DNA of 63,731 nt, taken from the NCBI GenBank assembly GCA_947628585.1, contig CANRAL010000003.1, forward strand, positions 1 through 63,731, given 5' to 3'. Below, piece by piece: positions 38,628 through 45,918 of this stretch. The translations under genes were made by a program, and so were the position numbers. The DNA comes from an uncultured Bacilli bacterium (GTDB lineage: Bacteria; Bacillota_I; Bacilli_A; RF39; UBA660). Position 1 is the stretch's first letter. Every line of letters begins with the position of its first letter. Under the pieces are notes generated by a model, which saw only the letters and a program-made list of their open reading frames with translations, was not told the DNA's origin and did no database searches.

Positions 38628-38773
38628 TTTTTCACTCCTTTGTACATTTATTATAAAATGTTTAATTTACTATTGAAATGTACACATGTGTATGCTATTA
38701 TATACTTGTACACAAGAATATTCAATTGTGTATTACTACTGATTTACTCCTAATCAGTAGTTAAGGAGAAATA
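38628..38773. promoter_or_regulatory. Divergent promoter/operator region (copy 1)
   Basis: + promoter TTGAAA (38673) -17- TATTAT (38696). Five TGTRYA motifs at 38641, 38679, 38687, 38707 and 38727. Perfect palindrome ACACATGTGT at 38682-38691 inside the spacer. Hairpin at 38735-38761. Confidence 0.55.
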
Positions 38774-38977
38774 ATGACTGACGAAGAATTTGTATTGGAA
38801 CTTTATTCAGATATCCGCCAAGATTTGAAAAGAATAGTAAACGAAGAAAATGACTATTTTAATGTAAAATTTTGGGGAACAGATATTGTTGAAAGAGTAC
38901 AACATATGTGTCGTTTAAAAAAAGCAATTTTAAAGCGAAAGGAGTGTAATAATGAAAACAAAAGCACTAGTAATTGA
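38774..38977 (+). CDS. Phage protein of unknown function (67 aa)
   Basis: AAGGAG RBS. First gene of the + strand operon. Confidence 0.6.
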   Translation: MTDEEFVLELYSDIRQDLKRIVNEENDYFNVKFWGTDIVERVQHMCRLKKAILKRKECNNENKSTSN

Positions 38978-39161
38978 CCATTACAACTTTGAAAAAAACG
39001 GACGTAAATATGAGGGTTATAAATTTATGGTTAACCTTGGTACTTATGGCTCAGTTTATGCAAATGGACAAAGTGATGACGAATTAAAGCTATTTAATGA
39101 ATATGACGTTATTGTTTCGTATTCTTATGGTAAATGGCTTGTAAATGAAGTTATTAAATAA
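38952..39161 (+). CDS. Small phage protein, possible gene-V-like ssDNA-binding protein (69 aa)
   Basis: AAGGAG RBS. Beta-rich, K/Y/G-rich sequence. The size and the position just before the coat gene fit. The functional call is inference only. Confidence 0.35.
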   Translation: MKTKALVIDHYNFEKNGRKYEGYKFMVNLGTYGSVYANGQSDDELKLFNEYDVIVSYSYGKWLVNEVIK

Positions 39162-39211
39162 CGCAAGTTATTTGATATAAAAAATTAGGAGTAGAAAGGA
39201 GAGCCTAGGTA

Positions 39212-39400
39212 ATGGAAGGCGCAAAAGTTGGAATGCAAGCAATTGTTGAAAGTCTAACGAGTGGTATAACAAGTGCTGGTTTATTTGGTACTGTTGCAGA
39301 AATTATGCCATTTATCGTTATAATGATTGGTTTTGCCTTTGGTTATAAAGTTTTACGCAAAGTCGTAAAAGGTGCTTCTAAGGGTAAAGCTAATATTTAG
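39212..39400 (+). CDS. Major coat protein-like (62 aa)
   Basis: MEGAKVGMQAIVESLTSGITSAGLFGTVAEIMPFIVIMIGFAFGYKVLRKVVKGASKGKANI has an acidic/polar N-terminus, one hydrophobic helix and a K/R-rich C-terminus. AAGGAGAG RBS. A strong hairpin terminator follows directly. Confidence 0.7.
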   Translation: MEGAKVGMQAIVESLTSGITSAGLFGTVAEIMPFIVIMIGFAFGYKVLRKVVKGASKGKANI

Positions 39401-39403
39401 TAG

Positions 39404-39430
39404 GTTAGAGCAATGCTCTAACTTAATTTT
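39404..39430 (+). terminator. Hairpin terminator/attenuator after the coat gene (copy 1)
   Basis: GTTAGAGC-aat-GCTCTAAC stem followed by TTAATTTTT. Confidence 0.65.
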
Positions 39431-39442
39431 TATGGAGGTATT

Positions 39443-39574
39443 ATGAATAAATTAAAAAATGTTTTATTTTATATTAGTGGTTTTTTTATTGGTCTTAGAT
39501 GGAAAATTTGGAACAAGCAAATGGACAGGGCTATAGAGAAATACTATAAAAAATCTAATAAGAAAGGGAAGTAA
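39443..39574 (+). CDS. 43-aa hydrophobic/basic micro-protein (pVII/pIX-like candidate), not in the ORF track
   Basis: MNKLKNVLFYISGFFIGLRWKIWNKQMDRAIEKYYKKSNKKGK. GGAGG RBS 4 nt before the ATG. Confidence 0.55.
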   Translation: MNKLKNVLFYISGFFIGLRWKIWNKQMDRAIEKYYKKSNKKGK

Positions 39575-39576
39575 TA

Positions 39577-39690
39577 ATGTTTGATGTTTGTTTAGTTTTA
39601 TTTAATCAATTAGTACAGTTATTGCCTGATTTAATAGTTTTATATATTTTATTTGACTTAATTGGCGCTTTATTGTTTGGACGGAGGTAA
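39577..39690 (+). CDS. 37-aa hydrophobic micro-protein (pVII/pIX-like candidate), not in the ORF track
   Basis: MFDVCLVLFNQLVQLLPDLIVLYILFDLIGALLFGRR. Starts 2 nt after the previous stop and ends 1 nt before the next ATG. Confidence 0.5.
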   Translation: MFDVCLVLFNQLVQLLPDLIVLYILFDLIGALLFGRR

Positions 39691-39691
39691 T

Positions 39692-40039
39692 ATGGAAAAT
39701 GTATTTTTGCCTGTTGATAATATTAGCGATTATTCTTGTTATTCTATCTCAGCCAATGGCGAATATATTCGTGCGTATAAAGATATTCCACGAAATAACT
39801 CTTCTTCTTCTTATGTTGATTATTACATTAATTCTCATTATTTGGAAGTTCCTGGATACCAAACTTGGAGCCAATACTCTAATTTGCCCGTTTGTATGGA
39901 TAGCAATGTTATAACTAATGATTTTTATTATAGAAATGATTTTGCTGATATTTTAATTATACTTTTAATTTTATCTATTTTTTGTATTTATATACCTTTA
40001 AAAATATTTAGCAAGTTATTTAAAAGAGGTGGCTTATGA
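39692..40039 (+). CDS. Phage membrane protein (115 aa, C-terminal TM anchor)
   Basis: GGAGG RBS before the ATG at 39692 (track start 39662 is TTG). C-terminal ILIILLILSIFCIYIPLKIF followed by basic residues. Confidence 0.6.
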   Translation: MENVFLPVDNISDYSCYSISANGEYIRAYKDIPRNNSSSSYVDYYINSHYLEVPGYQTWSQYSNLPVCMDSNVITNDFYYRNDFADILIILLILSIFCIYIPLKIFSKLFKRGGL

Positions 40040-41046
40040 TAAAATTTAGTTTTAAAACTTTTTTACGTTATGTTTTAATGGCTCTTGCTTTTACTTTAGT
40101 TTCTATATGTTTTAATTCTTGTGATGTTTCAGCATCTGCTCTTCAATTAGAAAATAACGGTACACAATTTTATGTCGGTGGTTCACTTTCAAAGTATTAT
40201 GATTTACTACAAGGCGATACTTTGCCATCTAATTTCACAAATGGAAATACTTTCTGGGTTGGCTTTAAATTTAAGTCTACTGATAGAAATTTAACTAAAG
40301 GTTCTTTTACATCTATAGTTTCTATTTGTTCTACTGGTAATTTTCTATATGATACTGCTGGGCTTGAATATATTGGAACAAATGGTAGATGTGATGTCAA
40401 CGGATATGAGGGTTGGGCTCACTTGTATTTTATAACTTGGACTCCTACCTGGTGGACTGTTACAAAATTAAGTGATACTGTTGTTGATTTGCAATTTGAG
40501 GGTACTTTTAACTCTTATGTAGCTCACGGATTAGGTTATAGTGTTCCTTTTGTTTTTTCTTCTATTGTGACCTATCAAACTGGCGATAGTGAGCTACTTA
40601 ATATTAAACAACAAATAGCTAATGGTAATAAATTGGATAGTTTAAATCAAACGCAACAACAAACTAATGATAAATTAGATGACCTTAACGATAACATTAC
40701 TTCTTCTGATACTTCTTCTGCTGAAAATAAAGGTTCTTCATTTTTTGAAAACTTTGAAGATAAAGATTATGGCTTAAGTGATGTCATTACTATGCCTTTA
40801 TCTTTTATTCAAAAAATTAGTAGTGGTACTTGTACCCCTTTAACAATGCCTATACCTTTTGTAAAATATGATCTAACTCTTCCTTGTATGTCCGAAATAT
40901 ATAGTTCATATTTTGGCGATATATTAAAAATCTATCAAACTATAACTTTTGGAATAATAGCTTATGGTATTTGCATTAATATTTTTGCCACCGTCCGAGG
41001 TTTTAAAAATCCTGACGAAGATAGAGTAGAGGTGTTGGACTTATGA
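40036..41046 (+). CDS. pIII-like minor coat/adsorption protein candidate (336 aa)
   Basis: N-terminal signal peptide (YVLMALAFTLVSICFNSCDVSASA), N/Q/S/T-rich linker (QQQTNDKLDDLNDNITSSDTSSAENKGSS) and C-terminal TM anchor (ITFGIIAYGICINIFATV). ATGA overlap with the upstream stop. Confidence 0.55.
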   Translation: MIKFSFKTFLRYVLMALAFTLVSICFNSCDVSASALQLENNGTQFYVGGSLSKYYDLLQGDTLPSNFTNGNTFWVGFKFKSTDRNLTKGSFTSIVSICSTGNFLYDTAGLEYIGTNGRCDVNGYEGWAHLYFITWTPTWWTVTKLSDTVVDLQFEGTFNSYVAHGLGYSVPFVFSSIVTYQTGDSELLNIKQQIANGNKLDSLNQTQQQTNDKLDDLNDNITSSDTSSAENKGSSFFENFEDKDYGLSDVITMPLSFIQKISSGTCTPLTMPIPFVKYDLTLPCMSEIYSSYFGDILKIYQTITFGIIAYGICINIFATVRGFKNPDEDRVEVLDL

Positions 41047-41342
41047 TTAATGCTTTAATAATGGGTGTATTTAATGTAATCATTAAATTAGTTGATGTTA
41101 TTTTGGCTCCTATTGATTTATTAATATCACAATTTTTGCCTAGTTTATCAAGTGGGATTTCTGCTATAGGTTCAATGTTTGCTTATGCTGGTAATATGCT
41201 CGGATTTTTAGTTTCTTTGACTGGTTTATCTCAAGAAGCTTTAAGTCTTATAGTTGCATATTTTACTTTTAAACTAACCGTACCATTAATGATTTCAGGT
41301 ATTAAAACTGCGGTTCGTTGGTATAATGCATTAAAAATTTAG
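41043..41342 (+). CDS. pVI-like hydrophobic minor coat protein candidate (99 aa)
   Basis: Three hydrophobic segments. ATGA overlap with the upstream stop. Confidence 0.5.
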   Translation: MINALIMGVFNVIIKLVDVILAPIDLLISQFLPSLSSGISAIGSMFAYAGNMLGFLVSLTGLSQEALSLIVAYFTFKLTVPLMISGIKTAVRWYNALKI

Positions 41343-41351
41343 GAGGATTTT

Positions 41352-42002
41352 ATGTTTAAACTATTAATTATTTTACTAATTGTTGCTTTTTTATTTTCAA
41401 TGCGAAAAGTAAAGATTAAATTTAGTACTTTCTTTAAAAAGGGCTTTGCTCCTAAAAGAGGGAAGTTTGGGGTTTATTGTTATTGTGGTAAACAAGGGCA
41501 AGGAAAAACATATTCTGCCGTCGAGTTTTTACTTCATAATAAGAATATGCCTATTTATAGCAATGTTTCTTCTATTAAGGGATTAGATTATACTTATTAT
41601 TCTGGATTCGACGAGTTATTAAACTTGCGAGATAAAACTGACTGTATAATATTTCACGATGAAATATTCACTGCTTTAACTAAGTCTAGTAAAATGACAA
41701 CCGAAGTATTAGACTTTTTATCTCAAATGAGAAAACGACGTATTATTTTTATCACTACTGCTCAAGAGTGGCTCGAAATAAATATAACTTTGCGTCGTTA
41801 TTGTCGTTATCAAATAGAGTGTCATATTTTAAACTTTTTAGGTCTTGGTATTCTTATTAAAGATATGTATGATGCCGAGCAAATGAAATGGAGTAATGAA
41901 GAAAATGAGTATGTGGCGCCTATGATAGAGAAAACTATTAGTAAATGTAATTTAAAGGTTGCAAATAGTTATGATACTTTTGAACAAATAAAAAACAAAT
42001 AA
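41352..42002 (+). CDS. pI/Zot-like morphogenesis P-loop ATPase with N-terminal TM helix (216 aa)
   Basis: TM LLIILLIVAFLFS, Walker A GKQGQGKT, Walker B CIIFHDE. AGGAGG RBS. Confidence 0.6.
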   Translation: MFKLLIILLIVAFLFSMRKVKIKFSTFFKKGFAPKRGKFGVYCYCGKQGQGKTYSAVEFLLHNKNMPIYSNVSSIKGLDYTYYSGFDELLNLRDKTDCIIFHDEIFTALTKSSKMTTEVLDFLSQMRKRRIIFITTAQEWLEINITLRRYCRYQIECHILNFLGLGILIKDMYDAEQMKWSNEENEYVAPMIEKTISKCNLKVANSYDTFEQIKNK

Positions 42003-42097
42003 TATTTTTCTTGGTTGTAGTGTAACACGACCAAGAAAATATTCTCCCCTGATTTTATTGTCAAGAGTGCGAAGCATTTACTTGCTCTTGACAATAA
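42001..42097 (+). other. Two long hairpins in the phage intergenic region (copy 1)
   Basis: Hairpin 1: TTTTCTTGGT (42006-15) / ACCAAGAAAA (42030-39), extendable with one bulge. Hairpin 2: TTATTGTCAAGAG (42055-67) / CTCTTGACAATAA (42085-97), a 13-bp perfect stem with a 17-nt loop. Confidence 0.8.
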
Positions 42098-42189
42098 ACT
42101 TCCTCGTATCATAATTTTGTTTCTTTAAAAAAGAAAAATTTTAATTTTCTCCTTTTTTAAAGGTAATTTTAAAATATAAATATTAATTT

Positions 42190-42266
42190 TTGTCTCTTTT
42201 AAGAGACAACCTTGTTCCAAATTACTATATGTACTACGACTATATAGTAATTTGTGCTTTTTGTGC
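42190..42266 (+). other. Candidate rolling-circle double-strand origin (copy 1)
   Basis: Palindrome TTGTCTCTT-tt-AAGAGACAA at 42190-42209. Hairpin AAATTACTATAT (42219-30) / ATATAGTAATTT (42242-53) with loop GTACTACGACT carrying TACTACGAC (42232-40). Two TTTGTGC direct repeats at 42251 and 42260. Confidence 0.7.
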
Positions 42267-42351
42267 AGAGCCCTGAGAGTGCATATATTCGGGAAATTTT
42301 TGAAAAAAGCGAACAAAATTGTTCGTATTGTATTTTTGGAGGATTTTATTT

Positions 42352-42951
42352 ATGAAAAAAGCTAATTTTAATAATACTAGTAGTGAAGAAATTGTTGATA
42401 AAAGATACAGAAATTTTATGCTCTTATTGTACCCCGAGTGGAGGGACTACGAAAATATACTACAAGATATTAAAGGCAATTTCAAACGTTATGCATATAT
42501 TAAACATATACCTGAAGAATCTGAAAAAAAAGAACACGTTCACTTAATCCTTTCTTTAGATAACCCTAGAACAATAGAAAGCTTATCTAAAAGAGTAGGG
42601 ATACCTAAAAATTTAATACAAAGTATTAAGGGCTTGCGTGGTTCTTGTCGATATTTAGTTCATATGGATAATGAAGAAAAATTTCAATATAATCTCGACC
42701 AGGTAATAGTATCCAATGCATTCAAAGACACGTTTTTTAAGTCTTTCGACGACTTGTTTAGCGAGGAAGAAATGCTTGATAATATTTTCTCATTTATAGA
42801 AGATAACAAACATCTTGATAGAATTATATTGGAAGTTGAACTTGTTAAATTTGTAAATGCAAACGGATTTGCTACAATTTTCAAAAGATACTATAACTCT
42901 ATATGTAAGTATATTAACTATGTTTCCGACAATGAAGTTAACATAATATGA
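42352..42951 (+). CDS. RepB (pMV158/Rep_2-family) HUH rolling-circle replication initiator, 199 aa
   Basis: NFMLLLYPEW (compare FLLYPES in RepB), HUH motif EHVHLIL, Tyr motif CRYLVHMDNE. GGAGG RBS before the ATG at 42352 (track start 42319 is TTG). Inverted repeat CGAACAA-aa-TTGTTCG at 42310-25 in the leader. Confidence 0.75.
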   Translation: MKKANFNNTSSEEIVDKRYRNFMLLLYPEWRDYENILQDIKGNFKRYAYIKHIPEESEKKEHVHLILSLDNPRTIESLSKRVGIPKNLIQSIKGLRGSCRYLVHMDNEEKFQYNLDQVIVSNAFKDTFFKSFDDLFSEEEMLDNIFSFIEDNKHLDRIILEVELVKFVNANGFATIFKRYYNSICKYINYVSDNEVNII

Positions 42952-42963
42952 CATTACATAACA
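42936..42963 (+). other. Internal junction (attP-type site): AGTTAACATAA-TATGAC-ATTACATAACA
   Basis: Identical to the 28-mer at 38369. Overlaps the last codons and the TGA stop of rep copy 1. Confidence 0.7.
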
Positions 42964-42991
42964 ATAAAAAGGCGCTTTGGAGCGTTTTTTT
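42964..42991. terminator. Bidirectional terminator (copy 2)
   Basis: Identical at offset +4567. Confidence 0.55.
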
Positions 42992-43041
42992 ATTAAAAAT
43001 ATATAAAATATTTGCTTTTTTATAAATGTTTCTAAAAAGGG

Positions 43042-43194
43042 CTAATTTGAGCTTTTTTTGTTATTTTCTTCAAGCCATTTTAAAATTATTGTTTCTACTA
43101 GATTTGATAAAGTTCTATTTTCTTCTTGGGCAATATTATCTAATTCTTTTTTAACATCTTCTGTAGTTCTAAAAGTTATTGTTGTTGGTTCCAT
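43042..43194 (-). CDS. RHH repressor, copy 2
   Basis: Identical at offset +4567. Confidence 0.7.
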   Translation of the reverse strand: MEPTTITFRTTEDVKKELDNIAQEENRTLSNLVETIILKWLEENNKKSSN

Positions 43195-43340
43195 TTTTTC
43201 ACTCCTTTGTACATTTATTATAAAATGTTTAATTTACTATTGAAATGTACACATGTGTATGCTATTATATACTTGTACACAAGAATATTCAATTGTGTAT
43301 TACTACTGATTTACTCCTAATCAGTAGTTAAGGAGAAATA
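43195..43340. promoter_or_regulatory. Divergent promoter/operator region (copy 2)
   Basis: Identical at offset +4567. Confidence 0.55.
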
Positions 43341-43544
43341 ATGACTGACGAAGAATTTGTATTGGAACTTTATTCAGATATCCGCCAAGATTTGAAAAGA
43401 ATAGTAAACGAAGAAAATGACTATTTTAATGTAAAATTTTGGGGAACAGATATTGTTGAAAGAGTACAACATATGTGTCGTTTAAAAAAAGCAATTTTAA
43501 AGCGAAAGGAGTGTAATAATGAAAACAAAAGCACTAGTAATTGA
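43341..43544 (+). CDS. Phage protein of unknown function (67 aa), copy 2
   Basis: Identical. Confidence 0.6.
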   Translation: MTDEEFVLELYSDIRQDLKRIVNEENDYFNVKFWGTDIVERVQHMCRLKKAILKRKECNNENKSTSN

Positions 43545-43728
43545 CCATTACAACTTTGAAAAAAACGGACGTAAATATGAGGGTTATAAATTTATGGTTA
43601 ACCTTGGTACTTATGGCTCAGTTTATGCAAATGGACAAAGTGATGACGAATTAAAGCTATTTAATGAATATGACGTTATTGTTTCGTATTCTTATGGTAA
43701 ATGGCTTGTAAATGAAGTTATTAAATAA
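43519..43728 (+). CDS. Possible ssDNA-binding protein, copy 2
   Basis: Identical. Confidence 0.35.
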   Translation: MKTKALVIDHYNFEKNGRKYEGYKFMVNLGTYGSVYANGQSDDELKLFNEYDVIVSYSYGKWLVNEVIK

Positions 43729-43778
43729 CGCAAGTTATTTGATATAAAAAATTAGGAGTAGAAAGGAGAGCCTAGGTA

Positions 43779-43967
43779 ATGGAAGGCGCAAAAGTTGGAA
43801 TGCAAGCAATTGTTGAAAGTCTAACGAGTGGTATAACAAGTGCTGGTTTATTTGGTACTGTTGCAGAAATTATGCCATTTATCGTTATAATGATTGGTTT
43901 TGCCTTTGGTTATAAAGTTTTACGCAAAGTCGTAAAAGGTGCTTCTAAGGGTAAAGCTAATATTTAG
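43779..43967 (+). CDS. Major coat protein-like, copy 2
   Basis: Identical. Confidence 0.7.
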   Translation: MEGAKVGMQAIVESLTSGITSAGLFGTVAEIMPFIVIMIGFAFGYKVLRKVVKGASKGKANI

Positions 43968-43970
43968 TAG

Positions 43971-43997
43971 GTTAGAGCAATGCTCTAACTTAATTTT
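43971..43997 (+). terminator. Hairpin terminator after the coat gene (copy 2)
   Basis: Identical. Confidence 0.65.
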
Positions 43998-44009
43998 TAT
44001 GGAGGTATT

Positions 44010-44141
44010 ATGAATAAATTAAAAAATGTTTTATTTTATATTAGTGGTTTTTTTATTGGTCTTAGATGGAAAATTTGGAACAAGCAAATGGACAGGGCTA
44101 TAGAGAAATACTATAAAAAATCTAATAAGAAAGGGAAGTAA
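44010..44141 (+). CDS. 43-aa micro-protein, copy 2
   Basis: Identical. Confidence 0.55.
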   Translation: MNKLKNVLFYISGFFIGLRWKIWNKQMDRAIEKYYKKSNKKGK

Positions 44142-44143
44142 TA

Positions 44144-44257
44144 ATGTTTGATGTTTGTTTAGTTTTATTTAATCAATTAGTACAGTTATTGCCTGATTTA
44201 ATAGTTTTATATATTTTATTTGACTTAATTGGCGCTTTATTGTTTGGACGGAGGTAA
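44144..44257 (+). CDS. 37-aa micro-protein, copy 2
   Basis: Identical. Confidence 0.5.
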   Translation: MFDVCLVLFNQLVQLLPDLIVLYILFDLIGALLFGRR

Positions 44258-44258
44258 T

Positions 44259-44606
44259 ATGGAAAATGTATTTTTGCCTGTTGATAATATTAGCGATTAT
44301 TCTTGTTATTCTATCTCAGCCAATGGCGAATATATTCGTGCGTATAAAGATATTCCACGAAATAACTCTTCTTCTTCTTATGTTGATTATTACATTAATT
44401 CTCATTATTTGGAAGTTCCTGGATACCAAACTTGGAGCCAATACTCTAATTTGCCCGTTTGTATGGATAGCAATGTTATAACTAATGATTTTTATTATAG
44501 AAATGATTTTGCTGATATTTTAATTATACTTTTAATTTTATCTATTTTTTGTATTTATATACCTTTAAAAATATTTAGCAAGTTATTTAAAAGAGGTGGC
44601 TTATGA
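44259..44606 (+). CDS. Phage membrane protein, copy 2
   Basis: Identical. Confidence 0.6.
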   Translation: MENVFLPVDNISDYSCYSISANGEYIRAYKDIPRNNSSSSYVDYYINSHYLEVPGYQTWSQYSNLPVCMDSNVITNDFYYRNDFADILIILLILSIFCIYIPLKIFSKLFKRGGL

Positions 44607-45613
44607 TAAAATTTAGTTTTAAAACTTTTTTACGTTATGTTTTAATGGCTCTTGCTTTTACTTTAGTTTCTATATGTTTTAATTCTTGTGATGTTTCAGC
44701 ATCTGCTCTTCAATTAGAAAATAACGGTACACAATTTTATGTCGGTGGTTCACTTTCAAAGTATTATGATTTACTACAAGGCGATACTTTGCCATCTAAT
44801 TTCACAAATGGAAATACTTTCTGGGTTGGCTTTAAATTTAAGTCTACTGATAGAAATTTAACTAAAGGTTCTTTTACATCTATAGTTTCTATTTGTTCTA
44901 CTGGTAATTTTCTATATGATACTGCTGGGCTTGAATATATTGGAACAAATGGTAGATGTGATGTCAACGGATATGAGGGTTGGGCTCACTTGTATTTTAT
45001 AACTTGGACTCCTACCTGGTGGACTGTTACAAAATTAAGTGATACTGTTGTTGATTTGCAATTTGAGGGTACTTTTAACTCTTATGTAGCTCACGGATTA
45101 GGTTATAGTGTTCCTTTTGTTTTTTCTTCTATTGTGACCTATCAAACTGGCGATAGTGAGCTACTTAATATTAAACAACAAATAGCTAATGGTAATAAAT
45201 TGGATAGTTTAAATCAAACGCAACAACAAACTAATGATAAATTAGATGACCTTAACGATAACATTACTTCTTCTGATACTTCTTCTGCTGAAAATAAAGG
45301 TTCTTCATTTTTTGAAAACTTTGAAGATAAAGATTATGGCTTAAGTGATGTCATTACTATGCCTTTATCTTTTATTCAAAAAATTAGTAGTGGTACTTGT
45401 ACCCCTTTAACAATGCCTATACCTTTTGTAAAATATGATCTAACTCTTCCTTGTATGTCCGAAATATATAGTTCATATTTTGGCGATATATTAAAAATCT
45501 ATCAAACTATAACTTTTGGAATAATAGCTTATGGTATTTGCATTAATATTTTTGCCACCGTCCGAGGTTTTAAAAATCCTGACGAAGATAGAGTAGAGGT
45601 GTTGGACTTATGA
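44603..45613 (+). CDS. pIII-like protein, copy 2
   Basis: Identical. Confidence 0.55.
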   Translation: MIKFSFKTFLRYVLMALAFTLVSICFNSCDVSASALQLENNGTQFYVGGSLSKYYDLLQGDTLPSNFTNGNTFWVGFKFKSTDRNLTKGSFTSIVSICSTGNFLYDTAGLEYIGTNGRCDVNGYEGWAHLYFITWTPTWWTVTKLSDTVVDLQFEGTFNSYVAHGLGYSVPFVFSSIVTYQTGDSELLNIKQQIANGNKLDSLNQTQQQTNDKLDDLNDNITSSDTSSAENKGSSFFENFEDKDYGLSDVITMPLSFIQKISSGTCTPLTMPIPFVKYDLTLPCMSEIYSSYFGDILKIYQTITFGIIAYGICINIFATVRGFKNPDEDRVEVLDL

Positions 45614-45909
45614 TTAATGCTTTAATAATGGGTGTATTTAATGTAATCATTAAATTAGTTGATGTTATTTTGGCTCCTATTGATTTATTAATATCACAAT
45701 TTTTGCCTAGTTTATCAAGTGGGATTTCTGCTATAGGTTCAATGTTTGCTTATGCTGGTAATATGCTCGGATTTTTAGTTTCTTTGACTGGTTTATCTCA
45801 AGAAGCTTTAAGTCTTATAGTTGCATATTTTACTTTTAAACTAACCGTACCATTAATGATTTCAGGTATTAAAACTGCGGTTCGTTGGTATAATGCATTA
45901 AAAATTTAG
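45610..45909 (+). CDS. pVI-like protein, copy 2
   Basis: Identical. Confidence 0.5.
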   Translation: MINALIMGVFNVIIKLVDVILAPIDLLISQFLPSLSSGISAIGSMFAYAGNMLGFLVSLTGLSQEALSLIVAYFTFKLTVPLMISGIKTAVRWYNALKI

Positions 45910-45918
45910 GAGGATTTT

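Larger units (their letters stand above)
38369..42935 (+). mobile_element. Filamentous-phage-like (inovirus/plectrovirus-type) prophage, copy 1
   Basis: Gene content and order are listed in the features below. No integrase, secretin, capsid or terminase genes. Confidence 0.75.

Noticed and set aside
38491-38676. + strand 61-aa ORF in the track (and its twin 43058..43243).
   Set aside because: It is a hydrophobic low-complexity translation with no RBS. It lies exactly antisense to a well-formed RHH gene with a good RBS, so I treat it as a shadow ORF.
41352-42002. Calling the P-loop protein a Zot enterotoxin.
   Set aside because: Only the N-terminal assembly-ATPase-type features are visible. 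The protein is short and nothing supports a toxin function, so it is described as a pI/Zot-like morphogenesis ATPase only.
39699-42884. Other track ORFs inside the phage unit (39699..39914 +, 40197..40400 -, 42125..42316 -, 42684..42884 -) and their copy-2 twins.
   Set aside because: They overlap stronger same-region genes or the origin region, lack an RBS, and have compositions typical of out-of-frame or antisense reading of AT-rich coding DNA.
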